DNA from: Ramazzottius varieornatus | Lineage: Eukaryota > Animalia > Tardigrada | Assembly (NCBI GenBank): GCA_001949185.1 | Contig: BDGG01000008.1 | Location: 1,116,001 to 1,180,000, forward strand | DNA length: 64,000 nt | Direction: 5' to 3' | Shown: positions 52,735 through 64,000 of the stretch, in pieces | How the letters are laid out: each line of letters begins with the position of its first letter | Position numbering within the stretch: the first letter of the stretch is position 1 | Translations under genes and position numbers: made by a program | The notes under the pieces: generated by a model | What the model was told of the DNA's origin: nothing | Seen by the model: the letters and a program-made list of their open reading frames with translations, nothing else | Databases searched by the model: none

Positions 52735-54858
52735 GTAAGTCGATTATGAAAGAAGAAGTTTTCCCGTGCAATCTATTTAGAAAGTAGGTCGAATGTCAAC
52801 AGGGCTTTTAGCTCCAATCTTTGCTTAGTACTCCTCCATGGAAGGATACGTCGGTGATTGTGTTGACTTGCTTTGAAATCCCAAGCACGCCAGGTTCGCG
52901 CTTGACAAAGCTGGAAAAAGATGTTTATTGCATGGTTTCGAGTACTATGAGCTCGTTGCAGCATGGCTGATGAGGGCTCTACGCCTTGGTAAACATGCAG
53001 ACCACGTTGCACAGTTGACTACGAGAATCTCTCTGCTACGAGGTCTCCGTCAAGTTCTAAGCAGATTTGCTTGCCGGCTGTGATTTCTCAAGTATCGGAT
53101 ATCGAGGCTTTTCCAGTGACTAAGCTCATTAACTGTGAAATCAACTGCATTGTAAGGTAAAGAACTAGAACATCCTTTTCTTAACTTTAATTATCAGTTG
53201 ACCTGAAAACCGACCCGTAGTTAACGACATGGAATATTAGAAAGTATTTTAAGAATTTAGAAATTTTTGGGCTAGATTTTCCATGTGTATATTTGCATGC
53301 TGCTCAACTTTGTCCGTTCTTCCATTTGCTTTTGGTCGACGTGGCGTTCAGCGAGGAATGAATGACTTGTTTATGCTGTGCCTATGTCATTGATAACGGA
53401 AGCTATGTTTAATCAATTAAAAATGTCCGTAAGAAGAGGGGCTAGTTCGAACTTGGTGGACAGCCGTACCCGCAGTTCCGTTCCCACGCATTGAATCACA
53501 CCAAGTCAAACTGTGCATCATTTACGGGTGAACGGAAGCGCCTATTCTATAGACTATGGTTATGGATATGCAAAGCTGTGTTGACTAACCTGTCGCTCGT
53601 ATTCGCTTGTTTGTCCCATGATATTTTCATCACAACGAAACCATAGGACTGTATACAGTCAACAGGTCTGCCTCAAGTCTAACTTGGTTTGCAGTGGGTG
53701 ATTATTATTGATAACTTTCGACGTGTTTTGTCCGCGACCGCAATTGAGGAATTATTTTCGCGCGACTGAGCGGACCAACGCCGCATTTTATTGCTCTGTC
53801 AGTCTATCTCAATAAGGTAGAAATCCATTTTGTCTGATAAGAAACTGACGTACTTAAGAACGAAAAAGAAATCTTATTGATCAGAATTCGGACACTTCAT
53901 TATTCATTGAGAAAATATCGAGTGAAGGTGGCGCCACCATCAACAGTGTTTTTGGGGCGTGGTCGTCCCAACTTGGCCGGACCACCTTCGAGGAAATATG
54001 GAAATCGAATATTTTCACAGATAAGATTTGGACATTACCATCTGCACCTCATTAATCCCAACTCGATAATGAAATCTATTGATCTCGAGGAGGAACGGAG
54101 GAAGCTGCAAGTTCGAATGGCCGCACGCCAGTCTGGGTAAATTCATGTGCCAGACGTCCGACGAGCAAAAGAAAGTCGATGTTGGTGGTCAAACTTGTCC
54201 TCAAAGCTCCATAAAAGCTTCTAATAACACCTTTGCCTTTCTTTCACGCTCTTCCTCGTCTGGAAAAATGGATGAATAGGGGAAAGTTTCCGTGTGGTCA
54301 GTTACTTTCTTGCAAACTGTCCAGCAGTACAATGTTTAGCTCGGCATTCAAGAATGAAAAATGTCTCTTCGGGAATGATATCGTTTATCAGTTCGGCTGA
54401 AGCTCTATGCAGCTCATCAGCTATTGACCACTTGGAAAATGCATTTTGAAAAGAGGCCATGCTGTTGGTCATTTGATGACTTTAAAGTGTAAACCATTTG
54501 GTCGCTGATGGACAGCTTCGCGAGGCTTTTGAACACATCAGCGATGCCATTTGATGCTAGTTATTTCAATTGATGTATTGATATGAATATCCGGCATCTG
54601 CTTATACTCCAGCACGATTTTTGAACATGGTCAAATGACCACTTCGACTGCCCATAGCAAAGTCACGACCTGCAGCAATAGGCTGGACTTTCAACTTTAG
54701 GGGATTTATTCAAACAACTCTGCTAATTTCTCCTCTAAAGCCGCTCTTATCCGTTGTTTACGCATGGATTTGGCTAAAGGGTGCCCCATATTTACTGGTC
54801 ATTTCCTTTCTGTATCTCTTTAACACAAGATAAGTTTTTCGGATATTACACCCTTCAC

Positions 54859-54984
54859 ATGGGACGTCGGCAAATGAAATCATCCGCGTAGTTTGCCCAA
54901 GTAGCGCAAGTCACTATTGTAACTTGCCAAGAGCTTGCGCCACTTCGGAAACTATCCCTATAGATTCATTTGCCGACGTCCCAT
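54859..54984. repeat. GTGGCGCA-N27 element nested in longer inverted arms
   Basis: Core at 54899-54945, flanked by ATGGGACGTCGGCAAATGAA and its inverted copy TTCATTTGCCGACGTCCCAT. Confidence 0.85.
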
Positions 54985-57933
54985 ATTGTCGTACTTTCAC
55001 GTATGGGTCCCCCCTAACTGGAAACTTATGCTTTCTCCTTCACGAAAGAAAGATTGTGGGGTAAGCGGATCATAATATCTCAAGATTGTTTACAGTCGGA
55101 AGGCAAGTTTAAAGTAGCCGCAGCTCCGAAGAAAGCCCTTTTTATGTTCAGTCGTAAAGCGTGCCTTCCAGCCAGACGTAAACCACATTCTCAGGCCTTC
55201 AAGTTGCCCAGCCCAGACTTTGCAAAGCCTCTTATGATCTTTGAGAGATTCGCTTTTATAGACTCCATAAAGCTTCTTGATCCTTCTGTATATGGCATCT
55301 TTTGTCACAGCTTGGCCTTGAGTCCCGGCAGAAGTCAGTCACGAACGTTCAACCGTACCTACATCTTCCGTGCGCGATTCCGACCACTCCGAAAAGCCTT
55401 ACACCAATGAAAGAAATGATAGGCAGCAGGTTCGACTCTTTCCAGCGAGAGATTGAGAGAGAAGAAAAGTCGACAGTAGCGAACAATGAAGAGCAGTTGT
55501 TGTTCTGCGCACCTTGGGGTAATCAAGGCTTCACGTCAGAAATTATTAAGCCTCGTGAGAGGGCGTGGTCGAAGCGCGGTATTTAATCATAATCCGCCGT
55601 TGCATGCTGGCAACATGTTGTTCGTGCTTTTCTTCTCTCCTCTCTATGATTTATGAATACAGGAAGAAGTACCGGGTTGGAGCATTGGTCAGAGTGGAGA
55701 TAACAGACGGCTTTCCGCTGTTTATATTCATGGCCGATCTTCTTGCACCCTTCGGTAATGAATATTTCCGCCCTAGCCTGAGTCCACTGCAATATTGACC
55801 ATCTGCCGCGCATCTTGAATTTCTTCCTTGGCCTCTTTGACCAGTGGGCAGTTCCACGGCTTGTACCGAACGTCATAAACCCCGCCTACCAACACCTACC
55901 TGTCTCTCTTTTGCATCGGGACATAATGATAGAGATCAAGGCATCTTTCGGGCTTTGTCAGTTTCGTTGTTCATCTGTCGCGTATTCGTATGCAAAGATA
56001 TATCGTCCTGGTTGAAATATTGCTAAAATACTCCACTGACTTTCCCGCAAGTGTCCGGTTCACCTTGACATTGCTTCGTGGCGCTATATTGACAATTAAT
56101 GTGGTGGCATCGATGAAAGTCCTCGAGCTCTGAACTGTCGGTAAGATACCTGTGTGATGGGGTATTTGACGCCTGTCACGGCCACGACCTTCCGCTGGTG
56201 TTGATTAATGCGCCACGGAGTATTTTGTCATCGCTTCATGCACATCTTTCAGAGTATATTTCCGACGTGTTGTTGCTGCGGTTTTTGACTTAGAGAGCGC
56301 TAACTTTATGCGGCGTCAACCTGACAGCGTCAAAAAAGGATTACCGACATATCTCTTTCGCTCTCGGCTTCTATGACCCGACAACATGCGTATTCTTGGA
56401 TCCGAAAGATTCGATAGTATGAATGTATTATTGCTTGGTACGTAGAACGGTACTTTGACCGGGAAAACGAGTCGAATCAATATTACGCAGAATTTAATAC
56501 CGTCATTAGAATTTGCTCTTCTACCGGGTTGTAACTCAAGCTTATCTCGCCGATGCCACTGCATTCCTTGATAAGTCAGTCCACTGTGTAATTTTTATGG
56601 TCTCAATGTGGTTGTGATATCGGTGCCAAGCCCCTTTTTCCAACCGAAAGAACCGCATCAGAAAATTTTGTATTGCAAGAATGCTGAAAAAACTGTTTGA
56701 CCCAGTTCGACGAGGTTAACAGGTTTTTTGTCCAAGATTGATGGCATTATGCGGAATATATCAATTTTAGAACTGATATTTTGTCAACGGAACGAGCGGA
56801 TGTATTCTCATGCAAATGGATTTTTCATTGTTCAGAGATCCTGCGAGCTTGAAGAAGTACAAGTGCGCAGCAGTGTCAAGTTCTAAGTCAGCTGGAAACC
56901 TTCTGCAGCTAATCTCGACCAGCCTGTACAAGATAGACGGTATATTACAAAATTTAAAATTCAATATCCGCTCAATGAATTCTTAACTTGCATTAAAGGT
57001 GTTTTCCAAGCTTGGATTTTCAATTATTTGTGCATATTTTCGTGCTGGACTGAAAACTATGCCGACTGTCACGATTCTTGCTGCTGTGCGCATGTGCATG
57101 GTCTACTTTTCAGTTCTGGGTTTCTCAAATTTCTGACAGCTGTTAACGGGTCGTGCTAATGAAAGTTTTGGAAAATCGATATGGCGGAGGGAAATCCGAC
57201 ACAGTGTCTCCCGAGGATTACTATCCAAATCATGTTTGCCCACCTTGTGAAACCGGCTTGCAAGCACGTGCAGCGCCTTTTGAGATGGTGTTGGACGATT
57301 GTGCAACTTGTAGTAGCCCCGATTTCTGCCGGGCCAACACCTAGAACGCAACTTTATTAATCAACAGTAGATAGCATTGTGTGACTTGCTTCGTTTACCT
57401 TTCTTATCAGCGACCACAAGGTGCAACACACTTTTGTCAGTGTGGACTATCTTACCGTGGCAGTACGACAAGGATGTCGTGTGGCCAGAACCAACCGGTT
57501 TTTTCATCTTGATTCCTCCCGTTATTGCATTCTGCAGTCGACTTTTGTTCGGTAATTGGTCTGTAGGTCGTCGTAGTTGGAATCATGAGCGGAAACGGGA
57601 AAGAGATTTGAATCGTTAATTCGAACGGGTGACGCATTGCACTTCCGGCATTTGGCAGAGTGGGGCAAAGTTAGGGTAATTATTACCTTCTAAGCTTGTC
57701 TGCTGCGCTTTATAAGCGCTTGTTTCTGGCCATATGCACATTAAGTGCACTATTGAGCTTTTGTGGGGCTCAACAATGCAGTAAGTGACAGGAGGAATAT
57801 GATCACCATCGCCCTGACTAGACTTTTGTAGCAGGTGTAAATTCAGCAGCAGCTTGTTTCCAGCGACAGCTGTTGATTTGGTGTCGAGATTCTGGTGATA
57901 TCGCTTTCTCAAGCATCCTCAACCTTGTAGCCG

Positions 57934-57977
57934 TTTCTTATGTCCGATCCGGTGTTCACCGGATCGGACATAAGAAA
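57934..57977. repeat. Perfect 21-bp inverted repeat with a 2-nt loop
   Basis: TTTCTTATGTCCGATCCGGTG-TT-CACCGGATCGGACATAAGAAA. Confidence 0.95.
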
Positions 57978-58185
57978 GGACAGTGAGCGGACAGTGGTCA
58001 GTTCACGGTTTTCTGAATTTGATATGAGTGACGTCATAATTGGACAGTTGATTGACCCAGTTTCAAAACTGAAAGTGCGATAATTCATGTTGTGGGATTT
58101 TTGGGAGAATTATTTTGATTGACAGATCGCTAAGTCTTTACGTTCGTAGGACAAATTACTAACGGCTTGTGTCTTGTCATTGCAG

Positions 58186-61100
58186 ATTCCAATTATGATC
58201 GTCTTAGTGCCTCAGGGACGTTGAAGAGTCTGCGGCGCAACTCACCATCTGTCAGCCGTCTTGAGCGTACGATGCCGGAGAATTCTAGTTCGCAGCACTT
58301 GAGTGCTTCGTCGCGCATCGCCAGTTTCTTTACTAAACGCTCATTCCGAGCGCCGAACCCACTAAAGCGGACGAAGAGTGTTACCAAGCTTGATCGCAAG
58401 TCCATTAACGGACTGGACCATACGGATCTACAAGACACGGCCACTAACGCATCACGAAAGAATCTTCTTGCTCCTTACCCAGCTGCCTCGCGCGTCTGCC
58501 GCTCACATGAGTCCATCATTGCTGCCTGCCGCCAAGCTGATACCCCCAGGATGTCCGACGGAAGTATCCCTGTAAATATTACCCGCTATGTCGGCGTGGA
58601 TAACGACTGGAAGTACTACGATTTTATGCGGAACGAGGATAAAGAAAACTGTGGATCAACAAAGTAAGTTTTGCTTCGACAATCAGCAATCAATATTTTT
58701 GAGAAATTCGCGATGTCGTTGACTGGTTTATTGGCCATGCCGTACGCGTTACTTTTATCTGCTTGGCTGCATCCCGTTTCTATTGCCACAGGCTACAGCC
58801 TGCCACGTTATCAGCCGAAATTGAATGGGATCTTCTTGAAGCATAAAACTCGACTGGGTCGCGAGAAGCCCTGCTGGTTTTTCTGTGAGAACTCGTATTC
58901 ATAGCCCTTCCTATTCTCGTAACTGATTGTTATGTTTCCATAATTGCAGCACGAACGCCCCACGCTTCGTGTATCCGGACCAAAGCGTCGTATCTCCTAA
59001 ACGGACGGACCACCTCCTCAAGATTTGGTTACAAGAAGCCAAAGGTTTACCTGCCAAGAAACGGTGAGTCTCCCCATCAACTATCGATCGCGCAACCTTA
59101 ATGGAATACTGCTAGCTAATTCAGGCCCGGTAGCTGTGAAATGATGTGAATGCACCCTAATGTCTGTATTAATTACCGATCCATCAGGTATTACTGCGAG
59201 ATTTTCCTCGATCAAACGCTATATGCCAGGACGTCAGTCAAGGTAAAGCAAGAACTCTGCTTCTGGGGCGAACAGTTCGAGTTTGCCAAACTTCCGGCCA
59301 TTCAAACCCTCGAGGTAAATTGAAACATTCACTGAGATTATTTGACAGAAATTGTAGGTCTGACGAAGGGAGTGGCATACAAACTTCACTCGTATTTCAC
59401 ATACCTGCATACACCTTGTCACCGTATGTGAAGTGGTTTATGCATGCATGTGAGTGAAGTGCGTGTACCTGCATACAATGCTCTTTGCAATTTAGCATCA
59501 TGAAGCGTATGCTGGTCGAGCCTTCGTTCTCCAAGCCTACTAGACGATACTCTTTTTCAGTTTTGACATTGAAGCTACAATTTTAGGATCGTTGGATGTT
59601 TTTCAGGTGCATTTATACCGGGAAGTCGACAGTAAGAAACGCAAGAAGGAAAAGCAGCAACTGATTGGCAAAGTCATAGCTCCCATCGGCGCAGTCAGCG
59701 GTGGAGCCGTCACGGAGCGATGGTAAGCCAAATTGTAACTATTCCCAACCTGTCTGAGGGGATGTTCCCTGCTGGGTAACCAGTGTCTATACACCGATGT
59801 AACTGATTAATATTCAGGTATCCTGTTATCTTGGAAAGAAATTCTGGCGTCAAGAGCGACGATGCTGCAATCCGCATCAAAGCCAGACATCAAGTTATCA
59901 ATATTCTCCCGCTGGAAAAGTACAGCGATCTGGTCGAGTACCTCAAACTTAACTACGCACAGTTATGTCGGTTCTTGGAGCCGCGAGTCGGCATCAAAGC
60001 CAAGGAAGAACTCGCGACGACCATGGTGCATATCATGCACAAACTGGGCCTTTCCAGCGTTTTCCTGGTGGACGTCGTTATGGTACGCAAACCTTCTTTC
60101 ACCACAAAATCAACAGCAAAATTCATCACACCATGCTCGAACTTTCTTTTCCCAGAAGAGAAGGTTAGGAGGCCGGCATACGGTCTCGGAATATTCGCCT
60201 TCTCAAGTGGCGCAGTGTTCTTTGTTACTGGCTGGAAGTCTGCGCCACTTGATACTTCGTTCATCCCCACACTGTTTGCTGGCCTCCCACTTCAGCTTAT
60301 TTTTTGGTTTTTATTCTCTGTAGTGCTCGAATATTGTGTTGAGTATCGCGAATACTTTGCTGTATATTTTCTAAATTACTTCGAGTTTTATGGTGATGTG
60401 AGAAGTTGATTATGTATCAAGGACGAAGAATGTCAGCTTTTACGAGGCTGTTGGACGAGATTGATGATGTTCTTTTCTATTCATTGCAGGAGGAGTTGAA
60501 CGTGCTCGATGACTACCATCTGACGTTCCGCGGTAACTCGTTAGCCACAAAGTCAATGGAAGCCTTTCTAAAATTGGCTGGTAATCACTACTTGAACGAG
60601 GCGCTGGGTGACTTAATTCGCGCCTTGATGGAAGCCGAGGAAGACTGTGAAGTGGATAGTATGAAGTTGTCTCCCGACACCAGCCTTCCGAAGCAGCAAG
60701 AGACGCTGATGATCATGGTGGAGATGACATGGGCCAAAATTATGAATTCGGCACGCTACTTCCCACCGGAATTGCGCGAAGTCTTCCAGACTCTCCGCGA
60801 ACGCTTGACAGCTGCTGGTCGGGCCGAATTAGCCGACACACTGATTAGCGGCTGTATATTCCTGAGGTTCCTCTGCCCGGCTGTGCTGAGCCCAAGCATG
60901 TTCGGCCTGGTCCAAGAGTACCCTAATCAGAAGATTGCCCGTAATTTGACTCTAATTGCCAAAACGGTCCAAACGCTGGCTAACTTCGCCAGGTTCAATG
61001 GCAAAGAGTCGTACATGGAATTCATGAACACATTTGTCGAGAGAGAATTACCGTCGATGCGCACTTTCCTGAAACTGATTTCGGTACGTTGATTTTTCTA

Positions 61101-64000
61101 GAAATTTTCAGATATAGTTAATAATTTTTCTTTAGTATAAATAGATTTAGATGTAAAAACTTTATCGATCACAAAAAAACTTTATCGATCAGGAAAAAGC
61201 GGTGTCGAGAAATTTGTGAAAATTTTTGTAAGAAATTCGGAAAACTCGTCTTTGTTGCAAAGGTCACTCACGAATAAGAGATTTTTTCTGAAGTGTTTGA
61301 TCGATGATTTTCGACGGACACATGATCCTGTTTGCCCACTGATTGGCTTGTATTGTCTAGTGTTTATCTTGTGGGCGGTGAGGGTATTGTTGTGGGCAAG
61401 AGAACTCACCTGACGTTGTCCACTTACGGCGCTTCTTGCTCTTGCAGAGTCCGATGCCGATGAATATGAACGGTGCTGAGTGCAACGATGATCATGTTGA
61501 TCTTGGTCGCGAACTATCCTCTCTGCACACATTGTTACGCGAGTGCCTCCTCCAAAGCAACACAATGGCCCATCGATCCACCCTAAAGAACTTACCGGAG
61601 ATCCTCCAGACCTTGACCGACCAGTTGGCCCTTAGCATGCGCGTCACCCAACCCTCGGCGGATGCCCAGTACGCCACGTACCTCTCGCGGGAAGTGCAAG
61701 AACAATTGCTGGCCAGACTGCAGAATATGAACGGGACAGTCCAGAACGGATGTCATGACTGCCTTCAAGCCACGGGACACTCTCGAGGTAACAATCGAAA
61801 TCCGGAAACGAACCAAGATAACTGTAAAACAGACGGCAAACGGACCTTGCGTGAGTGTCACCAACCTGTATACACTCATATGTCGTGATAGCAGAGGTCC
61901 GTGTATGCCGGTGCTTGAACCGCGTTGGTCGGTCGAAATCTGATGCACTTGCATACTTGCGCATGGGTGGTGTAAGCCAGAATTCTATGCTGGTGTGTGA
62001 ATTTGTTCAGGCTTGTTCGACGCGGTTTCCTTGAAGCGATCTTGGACATCAAGGGTCTTTCTATGTTTGCAGGTAGTCTGCCGAACACCAACTACCACCT
62101 GGGAGGAAGTCGGAGTGGACAACGGCCTCTGCGGAATGCATCGGTGAGTGCCACATTGGACACAGCCGATGACTATGTCCTCTTTAGTGCTATTGACGGT
62201 CAGTCGTACACCGTCAACGGCGCTATGGCTGCTGCCGCTGCTTCGGCCACACATCATCAAAAACATCAAGCGCAACGGGATGCCACTTCGGCCGGCAGTT
62301 CGCCACGCGATAGTCTACGGATGAACCACAGGGAGTCCGACGACAAGGCCAGGAAATCACCCGTCAAGCTGACTATCAACGGTGACTATGTCGACCTAAT
62401 TGGGCTAGGTATGCTTTGACCAGAGCGCATTAGCCGCTTTGGCAAGTGCACCGCTGTATAAATTATCTTCCCGGTTTCTCGAATATCAACCTATCACGGG
62501 ATCCTTAGAAAAGGTTTATGGCGTAATATCCGTCAAATTTCAGCACAATTTACGAGCCTGTCTACCAAAATCACCCCCGCGGAATATTGCCTTATAGTCT
62601 TTATTCGCAACAAGTTTCATTTTCATCATTCACAATTTTTGCAGTTTTTATTTCATTCTTTTTGGTATTTCGGAGCTCGATAAACCAACTCGACAAGATC
62701 TTTTTTGGCCAAGTGGCGCACGCTCCCAGCCGGTAACGTTGTGAGCATGCGTGACTTGGGAAAACTTCAAGATCCTTTTTTCACAGTGGCGCACTTCTCA
62801 GTGATATTGACCAATAGCGTGCGTCACTTGGCGAAATAAACGATCTTTTTGAGTTTGTTCACCTAGGTGCAATTTCATTTTTGTTTTTAAGGTAATTTTT
62901 TTGGGTCCCGTTGAAGTTAATGAAGTGGATTGTTGTTTGTAGGACGTGAGGAGCGTGGAAGTCAGACAAGTATCAGCCAGCTGTCAAGTGGCTATCAGTC
63001 CTCGTCACTTCAAGCTCGCCAAGCCAACAGCAACTCCAGCCAAAGCTGCAGTCCGATGGAGATTAGCACCGACATCTCCCCGCACAACACTTCAAAGTAC
63101 GCAGTGAACCCGAACCGGAAGTCCTACATGGATTCCTCCGATCACAACTCGAGGGCTCGCTTGTCGTCCAGCAGTGACAGCGCCGCTTCCTCCATGTCAA
63201 CACCACCACGCGACCGACGCACAAACTTCTCGGCAGCCCCACGCACAAACCCCCATTGTTCACAGAACGGTAGTCTTCCTGTCAATGCTACTCCTCCTTC
63301 CCCCAAACTGGGCATAAGAGCCTTCGGTGATACCGAAAAGAGAAATAAGCTCAAGTGTAGGCCGGTCAACCGACACGCTTCCTCCTCACCCGACAGGATC
63401 TCACATGAGAACGTCGGCAGTGACCGCGACACGAAACAGGTAAGAGATCCCCTCACGATTTCTTCAACCCAACCTACGCTGCAATGCATTAACCACAAAC
63501 GGTTTTTTTTACTCTCTCAGTACGAATTGGAGATCGATCAGCTGCGATCGCAACTTCAAGCGCTCCAAGTGAAACTCCAAGAAGCCGAAAGGAAATTGTC
63601 CAATCAGGAACAGACCACGGAGAAAGTCATTCTCGACTGGAAAGCTCAAATTGAAGCCGGTGAAGAAAGAGTAAAAAAAGAACAGATCGAGAAAGACCTC
63701 CAGATGAAAAGCATCGTTGTCAGGTATGTAAAAAGACGCTTTTGTTCGCTCAGCGTAATTGGAGAAAGTCTGCGACCGTGTTTGCGTCTTTCGCGCATCT
63801 GCATACGAACCTTCTTTGTGATGCAATGACGGCCTGTATCGATGCTGTGTCTCTCAGTCACAATTGGACCTAATGACGATCTCCTTTTTCTGCAGATTGA
63901 TAAGTGTGGAGGAAGAGCTGAGACGCGAACAGTCCGAGCTGATGGGCATGATGCGGGCCAAGCAGAAGGTGATAGAAGCTCAAGAAAAGAAGATCGAAAG
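58186..64000 (+). CDS. Ras GTPase-activating protein of the SynGAP/DAB2IP/RASAL2 (gap-2/raskol) family; common exons, 3' end beyond the window
   Basis: [15 protein letters not shown] and RSHES; C2 domain ([31 protein letters not shown]...FWGEQFEF); GAP domain with the arginine finger [21 protein letters not shown] and [12 protein letters not shown]; C-terminal coiled coil ([24 protein letters not shown]). Confidence 0.95.
60203..60252. repeat. GTGGCGCA-N26 element, RasGAP intron
   Basis: TCAAGTGGCGCA-26 nt-TGCGCCACTTGA. Confidence 0.85.
62688..62855. repeat. Two adjacent GTGGCGCA elements (27- and 26-nt spacers), RasGAP intron
   Basis: Left arms at about 62713 and 62786; outer CTCGACAAGATC / AACGATCTTTTTGAG. 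Confidence 0.8.

Noticed and set aside
54069-54137. MKSIDLEEERRKLQ... as another RasGAP first exon
   Set aside because: Its donor is phase 2, which is incompatible with the phase-1 acceptor at 58186.
54140-57400. Possible decayed transposase on the minus strand
   Set aside because: There are protein-like fragments with many stops, but no catalytic motif, TIR or TSD could be assigned.
61155-61196. Short tandem duplication AAAACTTTATCGATCA in an AT-rich RasGAP intron
   Set aside because: An ordinary local duplication or repeat fragment with no further structure established.

Overview
Compact, intron-rich animal (eukaryotic) DNA with mostly 50-90 nt GT-AG introns, so the ORF track fragments real genes. 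The short introns, balanced GC and a divergent natriuretic-receptor-type guanylyl cyclase suggest a tardigrade such as Ramazzottius, but the species is inferred, not shown. Genes from left to right: a six-finger C2H2 zinc-finger gene (+), a disrupted RGG-rich ORF (+), a receptor guanylyl cyclase (-), a TSSK-family kinase with a very long activation loop (+), squalene epoxidase (-), ferroportin with non-canonical metal-site residues (-), a full-length but inactivated Tc4/Tc5-type DNA transposon (about 150-bp TIRs, TCA duplication in a CTNAG site), an orphan or pseudogene region, three tandem DHDH (Gfo/Idh/MocA) paralogs (+), a secreted WAP-domain protein (+), a small secreted orphan (-), and a SynGAP/DAB2IP-type RasGAP (+) that runs off the right end and is preceded by about 15 kb carrying several phase-compatible candidate alternative first exons. 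The most unusual signal is a dispersed intronic element with 13 intact copies plus one split copy. Its inverted GTGGCGCA/TGCGCCAC arms are conserved and held 27 +/- 1 nt apart although the spacer sequence has diverged strongly. Two assembly gaps (N runs) lie near 12.4 kb and 26.6 kb.
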